A model generated the notes under the pieces. That model saw only the letters and a list, made by a program, of their open reading frames with translations, ran no database searches and had not been told where the DNA came from. From Synechocystis sp. PCC 6803 substr. PCC-P (GTDB lineage Bacteria; Cyanobacteriota; Cyanobacteriia; Cyanobacteriales; Microcystaceae), in the NCBI RefSeq assembly GCF_000284455.1, contig NC_017039.1, forward strand, positions 870,001-902,000: a stretch of DNA of 32,000 nt, given 5' to 3'. This document shows, in pieces, positions 19,322-27,608 of this stretch. The first letter of the stretch is position 1; every line of letters begins with the position of its first letter. The position numbers and the translations under genes were made by a program.

Positions 19322-20860
19322 ATGGCCATGCCCCTTGTCCAATCAATGAAAAAACCCCTGCCTATTCTGCTCAGTTTGTTGGGGCTAGGGATCCTGGTGG
19401 TGGGAATTTTTGCTTACCGTTCGGCCTATGGCCCTTCCCGCCAGTCGGAATTGGATAAATACACGGTCATGGCCACGGAGTCTCCCCTGGAGGTGGAGAT
19501 TAAGGCCAGCGGCACGGTGCAACCCCAGCAAACCGTCAATATTAGCCCCAAGGCTCCCGGGCGTTTGGTACGGCTTTTTGTCGAGCAGGGGGATGTGGTC
19601 AAAAAAGGCGATCGCATTGCGGTGATGGAAAATCAGGAATTTTTTGCCGACGGTAAGCAATCAGAAGCCCGTTTGCGGGAGGCGATCGCCCGCTACGAAC
19701 AGGCCCGCATCAGAATTCCCGCCGAAATTGACCAACTGCGGGCCCAAGTGAATCAAGGTCGTACCCGCATTGCCCAGGCCCAATCCCAACTGGCCAGTGC
19801 CCAAGCTCGCTTAGAACAAGCCCAATCGCGCATTCCCAGTAACATTGACCAATTGCGGGCCCAGGTGGCTTCGGCAGAATCTCGCCTCAAGCTAGCGGAA
19901 AATCGTCGCAATCGTAATCAAAGCCTCCTCCAGGAAGGGGCCATTACCCAGGATCAGTACGATGAACTCTCCAACGAGTTTTTAAATGCCCAAGCCGGCC
20001 TGTTTGAAGCCCAAAGTCGCTTGAATAATGCCAGAACTACCGCTTCCCCCGAAGTGGGACAGATTGAGCAAGAAATTGTCCAACTCCAAGGGGCGATCGC
20101 CGAGGCAGAACAGGGGGTAGCGGCCCAAATGGCCCAACTAAGGGAAAGACAAGGTACCGCTGAAACGGAATTGGCCACCCTCCAGGCCGCCGCTTCCCAA
20201 GCCGAAGCCCAACTAATGCGGAGCAAAATTGCCTATGAGGATACTTTCATCGTGGCTCCCTTTGACGGCATCATCACGCAAAAATTTGCCACAGTGGGTT
20301 CCTTTGTTACTCCCACCACCTCCGCTTCCAGCACAGCTTCCGCCACGTCCACTTCCATTGTGGCCCTAGCCCAGGGCCTAGAAGTAGTGGCCAGGGTACC
20401 GGAAGTAGATATTTCCGCTCTCCGTCCCGGACAAATGGTGGATATTGTGGCCGATGCCTTTCCCAATGAAACCTTTACCGGCCGGGTAATCCGGGTGGCC
20501 CCTGAAGCCATTGTGGAGAATAACGTCACGTCCTTTGAGGTCACCATTGGCTTAGCCACCGGCCAGGAACAATTGCGCTCAAAAATGAATGTGGATGTGG
20601 TCTTCAAGGGGGACAGGTTGGCCAATGCCTTGACTGTACCCACCGTGGCCATTGTTACCGTGGGGGGAAGAACTGGGGTGATGGTGCCCGATGCAGAGGA
20701 TAAGCCCCAGTTTAGGCCCGTCACCATTGGCCTGGTATTGGATGACAAAACCCAAATTCTTAGGGGATTAGAGCCCAAGGAACGGGTATTCATCGATTTA
20801 CCGGAAGACAGTCAAGATGCCCTCAATCCGCCGGAGGACTCCACCGAGTCGGACAATTGA
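19322..20860 (+). CDS. HlyD/RND periplasmic adaptor (membrane fusion) protein
   Basis: N-terminal TM, EIKASGTVQPQQTVNISPKAPGRLVRLFVEQGDVVKKGD lipoyl-like motif, long coiled coil, DTFIVAPFDGIITQKFATVGSFVTP. In-frame ATG at 19322. Confidence 0.92.
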   Translation: MAMPLVQSMKKPLPILLSLLGLGILVVGIFAYRSAYGPSRQSELDKYTVMATESPLEVEIKASGTVQPQQTVNISPKAPGRLVRLFVEQGDVVKKGDRIAVMENQEFFADGKQSEARLREAIARYEQARIRIPAEIDQLRAQVNQGRTRIAQAQSQLASAQARLEQAQSRIPSNIDQLRAQVASAESRLKLAENRRNRNQSLLQEGAITQDQYDELSNEFLNAQAGLFEAQSRLNNARTTASPEVGQIEQEIVQLQGAIAEAEQGVAAQMAQLRERQGTAETELATLQAAASQAEAQLMRSKIAYEDTFIVAPFDGIITQKFATVGSFVTPTTSASSTASATSTSIVALAQGLEVVARVPEVDISALRPGQMVDIVADAFPNETFTGRVIRVAPEAIVENNVTSFEVTIGLATGQEQLRSKMNVDVVFKGDRLANALTVPTVAIVTVGGRTGVMVPDAEDKPQFRPVTIGLVLDDKTQILRGLEPKERVFIDLPEDSQDALNPPEDSTESDN

Positions 20861-20887
20861 TCAAGCCAAACCGCATCTAACGCCAAG

Positions 20888-20911
20888 GGAGCCCCAACAG
20901 GCTCCTTTTTT
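20888..20911 (+). terminator. Rho-independent-type terminator after the HlyD-family gene
   Basis: GGAGCC-CCAACA-GGCTCC followed by TTTTTT. Confidence 0.85.
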
Positions 20912-20953
20912 ATTGCGACCAGTAACGATAAAAAAACTCCTTGTCAACTTTGC

Positions 20954-20990
20954 TTTACAAAAATTTACAAAACTGTTACATTTATTTACA
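20954..20990 (+). promoter_or_regulatory. Four phased TTTACA/GTTACA hexamers upstream of pgr5
   Basis: TTTACA at 20954, TTTACA at 20964, GTTACA at 20975, TTTACA at 20985; spacings 10, 11 and 10 bp. Confidence 0.5.
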
Positions 20991-21081
20991 TAAGGCAAAG
21001 AAAGTTTCCCCCATAAGGAAGCCAATGCCCCAGAAATAATTGTTTTTCTTGATTGCTCGTAGGAATTTAGGAGTCACTGCC

Positions 21082-21279
21082 ATGTTCGCCCCCATCGTTA
21101 TCTTGGTTCGTCAACAGTTAGGCAAAGCTAAGTTCAATCAGATCCGCGGTAAGGCGATTGCCCTCCACTGCCAGACCATCACCAACTTTTGTAACCGGGT
21201 GGGCATCGATGCCAAACAGCGCCAAAATTTAATCCGTTTAGCTAAGTCCAACGGCAAAACCCTCGGTTTATTGGCCTAA
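21082..21279 (+). CDS. pgr5: PGR5 (Proton Gradient Regulation 5) homologue, 65 aa
   Basis: MFAPIVILVRQQLGKAKFNQIRGKAIALHCQTITNFCNRVGIDAKQRQNLIRLAKSNGKTLGLLA closely resembles plant PGR5 (RGKAIALHSQ...FCNRIGADAKQRQ). ATG 21082 with upstream AGGAG. Confidence 0.9.
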   Translation: MFAPIVILVRQQLGKAKFNQIRGKAIALHCQTITNFCNRVGIDAKQRQNLIRLAKSNGKTLGLLA

Positions 21280-21530
21280 CTCTTCGTTTTCAATAATTCT
21301 TGCCAAACTGAGTCGGTGTAAGCCTTGTTAGATTGATATCCTCCGACTGCGTATTCCCCGAAAGCTTATCCGGAAATTTCCCCCCTAACTCTACGTCCAT
21401 GGGGGGATTACTTTATCTGGATATGCAACGTCTCTGACTTGCCAAGAAAACAGTCACAATTGTCCCAGACCGAAAGCAGGGATAATAGCCTTGGTAGCAA
21501 CAGCAACCCCAGCAATTGACCGGAGGCGTT

Positions 21531-23504
21531 ATGAAGAGTTTATGGGATGACCAGGAAGCCAACCAATACCAAGGGGATTTACCCCAACGGGTCTATACAT
21601 CCCGTTTGCTGGGCCGGGAACCATCCCTAGTGCTCCATGGCGGCGGCAATACCTCGGTGAAATGCCAGGTAACTAATTTGGTGGGGGAGAAGGAAGATAT
21701 TCTCTATGTCAAGGGTAGTGGTTGGGATTTGGCCACCATTGAGGCGGCGGGGTTTGCCCCAGTGAGAATGCCCCATTTGCTCAAGCTGTCTAAGTTGACG
21801 CAATTATCCGATCGCCAGATGGTCAATGAATTGAAAACCCAGATGACCCTGGCCAGTGCCCCCAGCCCTTCGGTGGAAACCATTCTCCACGCTATTTTGC
21901 CGTTTAAATATGTGGACCATACCCACGCTGATGCAGTGGTGACCATTACTAATACGGCCAATGGGGAGGAAAGAATTCGAGAAATTTACGGCGATCACCT
22001 GGTGATTATTCCCTACGTGATGCCGGGATTCGACTTGGCCCGGGTATGTGCGGAAAAATTCGCCGCCGAAGCCCATGGGGGAACAGTGGGTATGGTATTA
22101 ATGAACCATGGCATTTTTTCCTTTGGTGCCATCGCCCGGGAAGCCTACGAAGGCATGATTAGTTTAGTGAACGAAGCAGAGGAATATCTAAAAAATCAAG
22201 GGGTATGGCAGATTAGTTATGGCCAGCCGCAAAAATCAACTACGGAAAATAGATTGGCATTGGCCCAATTACGTTGTGATGCTAGCAAAATAGCGGGTTT
22301 TCCCTTGGTAATGCGGCAATATCAAGATGAAGCTAGTTTAAGTTTTAGCCAAAGGCCGGATTTAGCCCATATTAGCCAGCAAGGCCCGGCCACTCCGGAT
22401 CATGTAATCCGCACCAAACGTTTACCTCAACTGGGTCGAGATGTGGCAGATTATGCCAAAAAGTATCAGGAATATTTTCAGCGCAACGACGGTAAAAGTG
22501 GGGAAGTCAAAACCATGCTTGACCCTGCCCCCCGCATTATCCTTGATCGGGAACTGGGACTGCTTACCCTAGGAACTTCTGCTAAAAGTACGGCGATCGC
22601 CGGGGATATTTATCAGCACACCATGGCAATTATTCAGCGGGCCAAGGGGTTAGGGGGTTACCAAGCCCTGCCGGAGTCGGATATTTTTGTGGTGGAATAC
22701 TGGGATTTGGAACAGGCCAAATTAAAACAAGCTGGTAATCCTCCCATGTTTGCGGGGGAAGTGGCCCTGGTGACCGGCGGAGCATCCGGCATTGGTAAAG
22801 CTTCCGTTGCCCAATTACTTAAACAGGGGGCGGCGGTGATTGCGCTGGATATTCAACCTAACATTAGTGAACTCCACAATCGACCTGATTTCCTAGGAAT
22901 TCAATGTGACCTTACTGATGCCAATGCTTTCAAACAAGCTCTGGAACAGGGCATAGCCCAATTTGGCGGTTTGGACATGCTAGTGCTTAATGCTGGGATT
23001 TTTCCCGTGGCCCGGGCGATCGCCGAGTTATCCACGTTGGAATGGCAAAAGGTTTTAAACATTAATTTAGATGCCAATTTAACCCTGCTGCGGGAATGTT
23101 ATCCCCTGTTAAAGTTAGCGCCTAAGGGAGGGCGAGTGGTGGTAATTGGTTCTAAAAATGTGACCGCACCAGGCCCGGGTTTGGCGGCTTATTCAGCGTC
23201 AAAAGCAGCGTTAAATCAATTAATGCGGGTGGCAAGCTTGGAATGGGCCAAGGATAATATCCGCCTGAATACTATTCATCCCAATGGAGTATTTGATACA
23301 GGTTTTTGGACAGAGGAAGTGCTAGAAGCCAGGGCAAAACATTACGGTTTAACAGTGGAAGAGTATAAAGGTAATAATTTATTAAAAGTAGAGGTTACCA
23401 GTCAGGATGTGGCGGAATTAGTAACAGCCATGGCTAGTCCTTTATTTGGTAAAATTACCGGCGCTCAATTACCTTTAGATGGCGGCAATGATCGGGTTAT
23501 TTAG
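21531..23504 (+). CDS. Bifunctional class II aldolase / short-chain dehydrogenase (rhamnulose-1-P aldolase/alcohol dehydrogenase-type fusion)
   Basis: N-terminal aldolase-like GGGNTSVK and DHTHADAV; C-terminal SDR motifs VTGGASGIGKAS, LVLNAGIF, YSASKAALN. ATG at 21531 preceded by SD-like CGGAGG. Confidence 0.9.
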   Translation: MKSLWDDQEANQYQGDLPQRVYTSRLLGREPSLVLHGGGNTSVKCQVTNLVGEKEDILYVKGSGWDLATIEAAGFAPVRMPHLLKLSKLTQLSDRQMVNELKTQMTLASAPSPSVETILHAILPFKYVDHTHADAVVTITNTANGEERIREIYGDHLVIIPYVMPGFDLARVCAEKFAAEAHGGTVGMVLMNHGIFSFGAIAREAYEGMISLVNEAEEYLKNQGVWQISYGQPQKSTTENRLALAQLRCDASKIAGFPLVMRQYQDEASLSFSQRPDLAHISQQGPATPDHVIRTKRLPQLGRDVADYAKKYQEYFQRNDGKSGEVKTMLDPAPRIILDRELGLLTLGTSAKSTAIAGDIYQHTMAIIQRAKGLGGYQALPESDIFVVEYWDLEQAKLKQAGNPPMFAGEVALVTGGASGIGKASVAQLLKQGAAVIALDIQPNISELHNRPDFLGIQCDLTDANAFKQALEQGIAQFGGLDMLVLNAGIFPVARAIAELSTLEWQKVLNINLDANLTLLRECYPLLKLAPKGGRVVVIGSKNVTAPGPGLAAYSASKAALNQLMRVASLEWAKDNIRLNTIHPNGVFDTGFWTEEVLEARAKHYGLTVEEYKGNNLLKVEVTSQDVAELVTAMASPLFGKITGAQLPLDGGNDRVI

Positions 23505-23515
23505 GAGGAATTTTT

Positions 23516-23845
23516 ATGAATAGGAGACTGGTAGAGTCTTTGGCAGAAGCAGTTATTGCATTGCCAGTGGAGGATTATAGTTTATTTCAAAATACCCTCA
23601 TGGCAAAGATGATCAAAAAAACACCAGGGGTATGCGGTGGCCACGCTTGTATTCGGGATACCCGAATTGCAGTCTGGACAATTATTTCTCTTATCAATCA
23701 AGGAGGTACGGATTTGGAGTTACTGGCCGATTTTCCTGGATTAACTGCCTTTGATTTGTTGACCATCAAAGAATATTACCAATCTCATCAGCAGGAAATT
23801 GATAATCTTATTGATTACCAAGATCAAGAAAATTATCATGATTAA
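23516..23845 (+). CDS. DUF433-family protein, probable antitoxin partner of the downstream DUF5615 protein
   Basis: PGVCGGHACIRDTRIAVWTIISLINQGGTDLELLADFPGLTAFDLLTIKEYYQSH is DUF433-like; SD AGGAGG; overlaps the next ORF by 8 bp. Confidence 0.87.
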   Translation: MNRRLVESLAEAVIALPVEDYSLFQNTLMAKMIKKTPGVCGGHACIRDTRIAVWTIISLINQGGTDLELLADFPGLTAFDLLTIKEYYQSHQQEIDNLIDYQDQENYHD

Positions 23846-24227
23846 ATTCTATAGCAACGAAAATTTATCCCTGGGCTTAGTTAATCAACTACGTCAATTA
23901 GGTTACAGTGTTTTGACTTCCTATGATGCAGGGAGAGCCAACCAAAGAATTACTGATTTATCTGTTTTGAAAGATGCAACAACTGATGGACGTTGTGTAA
24001 TTACATTTAATCGAAATGATTTTATTGAATTACATTTGAATAGAATAAAACACAAAGGCATAATAATTTGTAAAGAAGATCGAGATCAGATTGGACAAGC
24101 ATCAATAATTCATGATTTTTTAATTAATCAGAAAACTTTAGATAATCGTTTAATCAGAATATTAAAACAAAATCAACCTGGATTGAAGCAACCGCAATTT
24201 ACGATTAAAGAGTATTACCCTAGTTAA
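23838..24227 (+). CDS. DUF5615 (PIN-like fold) protein, probable toxin of a DUF433/DUF5615 pair
   Basis: MIKFYSNENLSLGLVNQLRQLGYSVLTSYDAGRANQRITDLSVLKDATTDGRCVITFNRNDFIELH; start ATG 23838 overlaps the upstream stop (ATGATTAA). Confidence 0.85.
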   Translation: MIKFYSNENLSLGLVNQLRQLGYSVLTSYDAGRANQRITDLSVLKDATTDGRCVITFNRNDFIELHLNRIKHKGIIICKEDRDQIGQASIIHDFLINQKTLDNRLIRILKQNQPGLKQPQFTIKEYYPS

Positions 24228-24238
24228 AAATACGTTTG

Positions 24239-27200
24239 ATGCCTCAATTTAAAGCTATTACGACTATTGCAATTATTTTTTATCGTTCCCATTATTTGTC
24301 TGGCAATACAACTCCCATTGATGCTCTTTGTCAAGCTTTAGAAAAACATAATTTAAATCCCCTTGCTATCTATGTGTCTTCCCTGCGGGAGCCTGACGTA
24401 CAAGCAGAAATTTTAGCTATTCTAGAAAATTTGGACCAGCCCTTGGGAGCTATTTTAAACACCACTAGTTTTTCCCTCGCCAAGTTACAAAGACAGATCG
24501 GCAATCTGGAAATGATTCCCCTCTGGCAAAAACTAAATGTCCCGGTGCTCCAGGTAATTCTTAGTGGTGGCGATCGCCAACAATGGCAGGAAGGGTTGCG
24601 GGGACTGAACCCACGGGACTTAGCCATGAATGTGGCTTTGCCGGAAGTGGACGGCAGAATTATCACCAGGGCAATTTCTTTCAAAGCGATGGCAGCCCGT
24701 CATCCCCAACTGGAAACGGAGGTGGCAATTTATGAGCCTGTGCTGGATCGAGTTGAGTGGATAGCAGAACTAACTAAAAATATCATTAATTGCGCTCAAA
24801 CTGAAATTTTCCAACGGAAAATTGCTCTAATTTTAGCCAATTACCCTAACAAAGATGGTCGTTTGGCTAATGGGGTGGGGTTGGATACCCCAGCTAGTTG
24901 TCTACAAATTTTAGAAGCTTTAAAAATTGCTGGTTATCATCTTTCCGCCATTCCTAAAGACACTGAAACTTTAATTAAACAATTAACCCAAGGGGTAACC
25001 AATGACCAGGAATTAGCCCAATATCGAACCGTTAATCAAACCATTGTCACAGAGAAAGTATGGCAATTTTTTTACAGTTTGCCCCAGTCTGTACAACAGG
25101 CAATGACAGAGCGGTGGCAAGTTAGGGAGAATTGGGATAATTTACCGGATCAATTTGCCATTAGCGGCATCCAATTTGGCAATATTTTCGTTGGTATTCA
25201 ACCGGCTAGGGGCTATGATTTTGATCCTAGTTTGAATTACCATGCGCCGGATTTAGAACCCACCCTTCATTACCTTGCTTTTTATCTTTGGTTACGCCAG
25301 GAATTTTCTGCCCAGGCAATAATTCATCTAGGTAAACATGGCAATTTGGAATGGTTACCGGGCAAAAGTGTTGTTTTATCTGACCATTGCCATCCAGAGA
25401 TTGCCCTAGGCCCATTACCTAATTTTTATCCCTTTATTGTCAATGATCCAGGGGAAGGAACCCAAGCTAAACGCCGTAGTCAGGCTTGTATTATTGATCA
25501 TTTAACCCCTCCTTTAACCAGGGCAGAATTGTATGGCGACTTGGAAAAATTAGAGGCTTTAATTGATGAATATTATGAAGCCCAAGCCTTGGATCCAACT
25601 CGTGTTAAAACCATTGGCGATCGCCTCCGTAAATTATTGGCAACCAGCAATTTACAAACTGATTTAGGTTTAACCCCTCCGGCCCTGAAGGATTTACAAC
25701 CCTTGTTAACTTCGGCGGATAGTTATCTGTGTGAACTAAAGGAGGCCCAAATTCGGGACGGCCTACATATTTTAGGTCAAACTCCCACAGGAGAGCAGTT
25801 GCGGGATTTGGCGATTAGTATTGCCCGATCGCCATCCTATCAAAGACTTGGTTTAACCCAGGCGATCGCCTTTGATTTAGAACTAGAATTTGATCCGGTT
25901 TTGGACGATCCTAATGAACCATGGCAATTGTCGTCAACCATGCAGATGAAGTTGCAACAATGGGAATTAACCCAATTTATTGAATTATTTAATTCCTGTC
26001 GGATAGGGGGACAGGTTATTGAAATTTTAGAAGAAATTGCCAAGCAGTTAGTGGGAAGTCTACTTGAAATAGTAATTGTCGATCAAAAAGTCAATTTATT
26101 CTTTCAAAAGCCCGACAGTAAAACTAAATCTAATCTTGATTATATCGAGCAAACTCTTTTACCAATGCTACAACAAACTCCCCAGGAAATCACTAATTTA
26201 CTCCGGGGTTTAAATGGGGAATATATTGCCAGTGGGCCGGCGGGGGCACCTAGTCGTGGTCGCCCTGATGTACTGCCAACGGGACGGAATTTCTATGCGG
26301 TGGATATCCGGGCCATTCCCACAGAAACGGCTTGGGACATTGGCCGTCGAGCCGCTGAAACCCTGATTGAAAGGTACACCCAAGACCACGGAGAATATCC
26401 CCAAACTTTAGCTATTTCTATTTGGGGCACTTCCACCATGCGTACTGGCGGGGATGACATTGCCCAGGTTCTGGCCCTATTGGGAGTACAACCAGTGTGG
26501 GATAGCCCTTCCCGTCGCATTGTTGATTTTGAAATTTTGCCCACCACTGTACTAAAACGTCCCCGGGTGGATGTGACCATCAGAATTTCTGGATTTTTTC
26601 GGGATAGTTTCCCCAACTTGGTGGAATTTCTCCACCAGGCGATCGCCGCTGTTAGTCAATTGGATGAACCGGCAAATTTGAATCCTTTAGCAGAAAAAGT
26701 TAAGCAAGAAACCGAGCAATGGCAACAATTAGGTTTAGCAACGGAAGAAGCTGTAACTAAAGCAACCTATCGTATTTTTGGCTCTAAACCAGGGGCCTAT
26801 GGTGCTGGCTTACAAGGATTAATTGAAGCGCAAAATTGGCAAGATGATAGTGACTTAGCCCGAGCCTATCTTAATTGGAGTTGCTATGCCTACGATCGCC
26901 AGGGCGTTGGCCACAATCAACCGGAAGTATTTGCCCAGCGCCTGCAAAATTTACAAATTGTTTTACATAACCAAGACAATCGAGAACATGACTTGCTCGA
27001 CTCCGATGATTATTATCAGTTTCAGGGGGGATTAACAGCGGCGGTGCGGTCATTAACTGGGAAAAATCCCACCGTTTATTTTGGTGATAATTCTAATCCT
27101 GCCCAACCAAAAGTGAAGTTATTGACCCAAGAAATTGCCAAGGTTTATCGTTCTCGGGTGGTAAATCCTAAATGGATCGCTGGGGTAATGCGCCATGGCT

Positions 27201-27517
27201 ATAAGGGGGCGTTTGAAATGGCCGCCACGTTAGATTATCTCTTTGCCTACGATGCCACTGCCCATTGTGTGGAGGATTTTATGTATACGGGAATAGCTCA
27301 GGCATACCTACTGGATGAAGAAGTGCAGAAATTTGTGCAACAGCACAATCCTTGGGCGTTAAGGGACATGGCGGAAAGATTATTGGAAGCAGAGCAAAGA
27401 CAACTCTGGAGCAATGTTGACCCCCAACTACTAGATCAACTGCGGGCGATCGCCCATGGTGCGGAAGAAATTTTGGAAAATAGTCAAATTTACCCTAGAC
27501 AAGAAAAGCTGAAATAA
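24239..27517 (+). CDS. cobN: CobN/ChlH-family cobalt/magnesium chelatase large subunit, short N-terminus
   Basis: SGNTTPIDALCQALEKHNLNPLAIYVSSL, HLGKHGNLEWLPGK, FYPFIVNDPGEGTQAKRR, GRGDVLPTGRNFY-like GRPDVLPTGRNFYAVD, GYKGAFEMAATLDYLFAYDATA. Confidence 0.92.
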   Translation: MPQFKAITTIAIIFYRSHYLSGNTTPIDALCQALEKHNLNPLAIYVSSLREPDVQAEILAILENLDQPLGAILNTTSFSLAKLQRQIGNLEMIPLWQKLNVPVLQVILSGGDRQQWQEGLRGLNPRDLAMNVALPEVDGRIITRAISFKAMAARHPQLETEVAIYEPVLDRVEWIAELTKNIINCAQTEIFQRKIALILANYPNKDGRLANGVGLDTPASCLQILEALKIAGYHLSAIPKDTETLIKQLTQGVTNDQELAQYRTVNQTIVTEKVWQFFYSLPQSVQQAMTERWQVRENWDNLPDQFAISGIQFGNIFVGIQPARGYDFDPSLNYHAPDLEPTLHYLAFYLWLRQEFSAQAIIHLGKHGNLEWLPGKSVVLSDHCHPEIALGPLPNFYPFIVNDPGEGTQAKRRSQACIIDHLTPPLTRAELYGDLEKLEALIDEYYEAQALDPTRVKTIGDRLRKLLATSNLQTDLGLTPPALKDLQPLLTSADSYLCELKEAQIRDGLHILGQTPTGEQLRDLAISIARSPSYQRLGLTQAIAFDLELEFDPVLDDPNEPWQLSSTMQMKLQQWELTQFIELFNSCRIGGQVIEILEEIAKQLVGSLLEIVIVDQKVNLFFQKPDSKTKSNLDYIEQTLLPMLQQTPQEITNLLRGLNGEYIASGPAGAPSRGRPDVLPTGRNFYAVDIRAIPTETAWDIGRRAAETLIERYTQDHGEYPQTLAISIWGTSTMRTGGDDIAQVLALLGVQPVWDSPSRRIVDFEILPTTVLKRPRVDVTIRISGFFRDSFPNLVEFLHQAIAAVSQLDEPANLNPLAEKVKQETEQWQQLGLATEEAVTKATYRIFGSKPGAYGAGLQGLIEAQNWQDDSDLARAYLNWSCYAYDRQGVGHNQPEVFAQRLQNLQIVLHNQDNREHDLLDSDDYYQFQGGLTAAVRSLTGKNPTVYFGDNSNPAQPKVKLLTQEIAKVYRSRVVNPKWIAGVMRHGYKGAFEMAATLDYLFAYDATAHCVEDFMYTGIAQAYLLDEEVQKFVQQHNPWALRDMAERLLEAEQRQLWSNVDPQLLDQLRAIAHGAEEILENSQIYPRQEKLK

Positions 27518-27608
27518 ATTAGTTAGATATTGAATGGTGTAAATAGTCACCATTGTTTAGTATTTGATCAGCCTAATCTGCTCAAGTAATTTAACTAAAG
27601 GTACGTCC

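Noticed and set aside
20233-20793. 186-aa minus-strand ORF opposite the HlyD-family gene
   Set aside because: Length is notable, but it is antisense to a strong CDS, rich in Ser/Thr and has no supported start or homology-like motif.
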